A DNA stretch of 64,000 nt from Felis catus (lineage: Eukaryota): assembly GCF_018350175.1 (NCBI RefSeq), contig NC_058368.1, positions 125,552,001 through 125,616,000 on the forward strand, read 5' to 3'. Under the pieces are notes generated by a model, which was not told the DNA's origin, did no database searches, and saw only the letters and a program-made list of their open reading frames with translations. Positions 61,682 through 64,000 of the stretch are shown here, one piece after another (positions within the stretch are counted from its first letter, which is position 1; each line of letters begins with the position of its first letter). Both the position numbers and the translations under genes were made by a program.

Positions 61682-62599
61682 ATGTGGAGGTAAGATTTAT
61701 GAACTAGTAAGAAAAAATACCTGAGTGTTAGGTGTGCTTTTGTTACTAACTTGCTGTCTAACCTTGGGTTAGATATTAGTTTTCATCTCTACAAGTTAGT
61801 CTGATGCCTACTCATCTGCTTCCCAGATTTTTTGGGGGATAGCTGGTGTCCTGAGGGTGGGAAAGCACTTAGACGGGTGTGGATAGAGTTTACACTAGAA
61901 GGCAAGGGTATATTTCCAAACTTACACTTAAGGGTCCTTAGTTTATGCTCTCTAACCTCCACTGAACTCTTGTTTCCAGGTTTTGTCTTTCCTGGGTGCA
62001 AAGCCAAGAGGAAGCAGCTGAACAAAGTTGGGTGCTAGCTAAGAAGGGTGATAGTCAGATATTCATGAAACTCAGATAGCTAAACAGGTTTTAAATGCAA
62101 TTTCAAATATATCTTTTTATTTCTTTGATGTATCTCCATACTAGATAGTATTTTATTCTATGGATTAGATGTGAATACAACTCTTTATTCCTGTCTTGAA
62201 AAAATACCACTCTTTAGGAATCATAAATGGGAGTGACCAATCCTCTTTTTCATTGTAATAGCTGTAGCATTAGTGAAGAACAGAGACTGCCTTTCAAAGG
62301 TGTGATGACCCTATGAATTCATTTCTGTAAAGAAACAGAATGAAGCAATGTGAAGAACAGAAGAAGAAGGAGGCTAATTCTAGTGTTATGCCATCTTTAG
62401 AGAATTACTCCCAGCCACCTAGCTTCCTCCTGTAAAACATTTGACTGGAAGCTCATTAAGTTACTGCTACATTCTGTGGTAAAAAAAACTGTGGCTACTT
62501 ACTTGGTTCCGTTAAAAAAAAAATCTGTGCTAATGAAAACTTTAGGTAGAGTTGGTGACTATCTTTTGTGCTTCCATAGCACATTTAATGTAGTTCAAT

Positions 62600-62755
62600 T
62601 GTAGCCTATTGGGCTATTGTTCTATTGTTCATGGGTTTTCCCAGTAGGTGGTGATTTTCTTGACCTCAGAAATTTTTATTCATCTTTATATCCCTCAGCA
62701 CTTATTGTACTAGTAGGCAGTAGATAAATGGTGAATGAATGAACTGAATAAATAT
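62600..62755 (+). mobile_element. L2 3' end
   Basis: ttattcatctttatatccc..tagtaggca..taaatggtgaatgaatgaa tail. Confidence 0.75.
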
Positions 62756-62865
62756 CAAATTAATAGAAGCATTTCTAGGCTGTAAAAATCTTTACTGCTT
62801 CACTTTAGCCTTTTTTTCTGAAATAATTATTCAATTACTTGATCATAATTTGATGTGAAATATTT

Positions 62866-62893
62866 TTTTAAGTTTATTTGTTCATTTTTGAGT

Positions 62894-62924
<31 letters not shown>

Positions 62925-63277
62925 GGAGAGAGAGACAGAAAATCCCATGTGCTGACAGCACGGAGTCCAATGTGGGTCTTGAATTCATAAACTATGAGAT
63001 CATGACCTGAGCTAAAATCAAGAGTTGGACACTTAGGATCACCTAGGTGGCTCAGTCACTTGAGCGACTGAGCCTTGGTTTTGGCTCAGGTCATGATCTT
63101 GCGGTTCGTGAGTTCGAGTCCTGCGTCCAGCTCTATGCTGACAGCGCAAAGCCCACTTGGAATTCTCCCTCTTTCCCTCTCTCTGCCCCTCCCTGTCTCT
63201 CTCTCTCAAAACAAATAAATAAACTTAAAAAAAAAAAAGAGTTTGACGCTTAACCAATTGAGCCACCCAGGATCGCC
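62866..63277 (-). mobile_element. Can-SINE (outer, interrupted)
   Basis: TSD tgatgtgaaatattt at 62851-62865 and 63278-63292. Confidence 0.93.
63036..63236 (+). mobile_element. Can-SINE nested inside the outer SINE
   Basis: TSD aagagttggacactta (63020-63035) / aagagtttgacgctta (63237-63252). Confidence 0.93.
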
Positions 63278-63509
63278 TGATGTGAAATATTTAATTAGAA
63301 TTAGAATCTAACTTGTATTCCTCATAACTTGTTTCTCTTTTCTCTGTGTTTGTCCATTTGACTTGCAAGCATGGATTCCAGTCTTGTCTCAGTGTGACTA
63401 ATTCCTAAGTTGGTGACTCGAAACTATACCTCCTCTCCATGTTCCATTCTTGGACATCCCTACCTGGATGTTCTGCCGATACTGCACACTCTGTATACAA
63501 AGTGTGCTA

Positions 63510-63630
63510 GAAAATGAGATGGACTAGGAGGCAGAAGACTGGTTCCTAATTCTGCCTTTTCCGTTAACTGGCTGGGGAACTTAGCAAGTCATTTAACTTC
63601 TCTGAGAGTCAATTTCCTCAATCTAACAGG
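63510..63630 (+). mobile_element. MIR
   Basis: tggactaggaggcagaagactggttctaattctgc..gcaagtcatttaacttctctgag..tttcctca. Confidence 0.8.
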
Positions 63631-64000
63631 AGGCACTAGCTGCAGTAATGGTTTCCAGAATGTACAGTGCAGCTCTGTAGAGTTCTGAAACACTATAGAA
63701 ACCATCATAATTATTTAACATTGGCTGTGTGTTACCTACGCTAGCTTGTGAAAATGTAGAACTTAAAGGAAATTCATGAAAAATGCATTGTAATTCTCTT
63801 AGGCAGTTCTCTGAAGCAATGAAAGGGAGGCTTTGTTTAGAAGGAAATCTATTTGAATTTTGCCATCACAGTTCCACTAGTAATGAAGTAGAGCCTTGAT
63901 ACCATGGGAAGGCAATGGAAGCCCATTCATTGGGAATGACTTGTGTTACTGCTTGGCTAGTTTTTAAGAAAAGCCTGTGTCAACACTTTCTGTGATGATC

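Noticed and set aside
590..63253. Recurring ORFs such as 'TSAQVMIS..SVLTAQSLE' that look like a paralogous gene family
   Set aside because: All are translations of Can-SINE copies.
582..63277. tRNA-like A/B-box sequences
   Set aside because: These are the tRNA-derived heads of Can-SINEs, followed by CT tracts and A tails; no cloverleaf tRNA gene is seen.
1..64000. Naming a host gene or claiming a novel multi-gene system
   Set aside because: No recognisable coding exon, CpG-island promoter or non-mammalian insert was found; naming the locus requires alignment.

Overview
This is mammalian DNA, not microbial. About 21 carnivore Can-SINEs of the feline (SINEC_Fc-like) type point to a felid genome. 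The window is AT-rich, intronic or intergenic, and dominated by interspersed repeats: Can-SINEs with clean target-site duplications (TSDs), truncated L1s of several ages, MIR/L2 relics, MaLR/ERVL/ERV1 LTRs, hAT fossils (MER33, MER119, MER58, MER53, MER5) and microsatellites. I found no intact protein-coding gene that I can name, and no rRNA, tRNA or CRISPR array. The only recognisable protein remnants are L1 ORF1/ORF2 fragments and a degenerate ERV-L-type integrase C-terminus plus dUTPase at 1-581 (-). The most interesting signals are: (i) retrotransposition forensics (a target site reused twice, a poly(A)-only insertion, a possible SINE-L1 chimera, nested and inverted SINEs); (ii) a 16:5 minus-strand bias of SINEs, suggesting a plus-strand host transcript; (iii) a few repeat-free islands that look like exons or enhancers (about 8.0-8.5, 9.9-10.3, 27.3-27.5, 29.7-29.8 and 56.8-58.2 kb). 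I cannot support a claim of a novel biological system from the sequence alone. Repeat subfamily names come from recalled consensus similarity and need RepeatMasker/Dfam confirmation.
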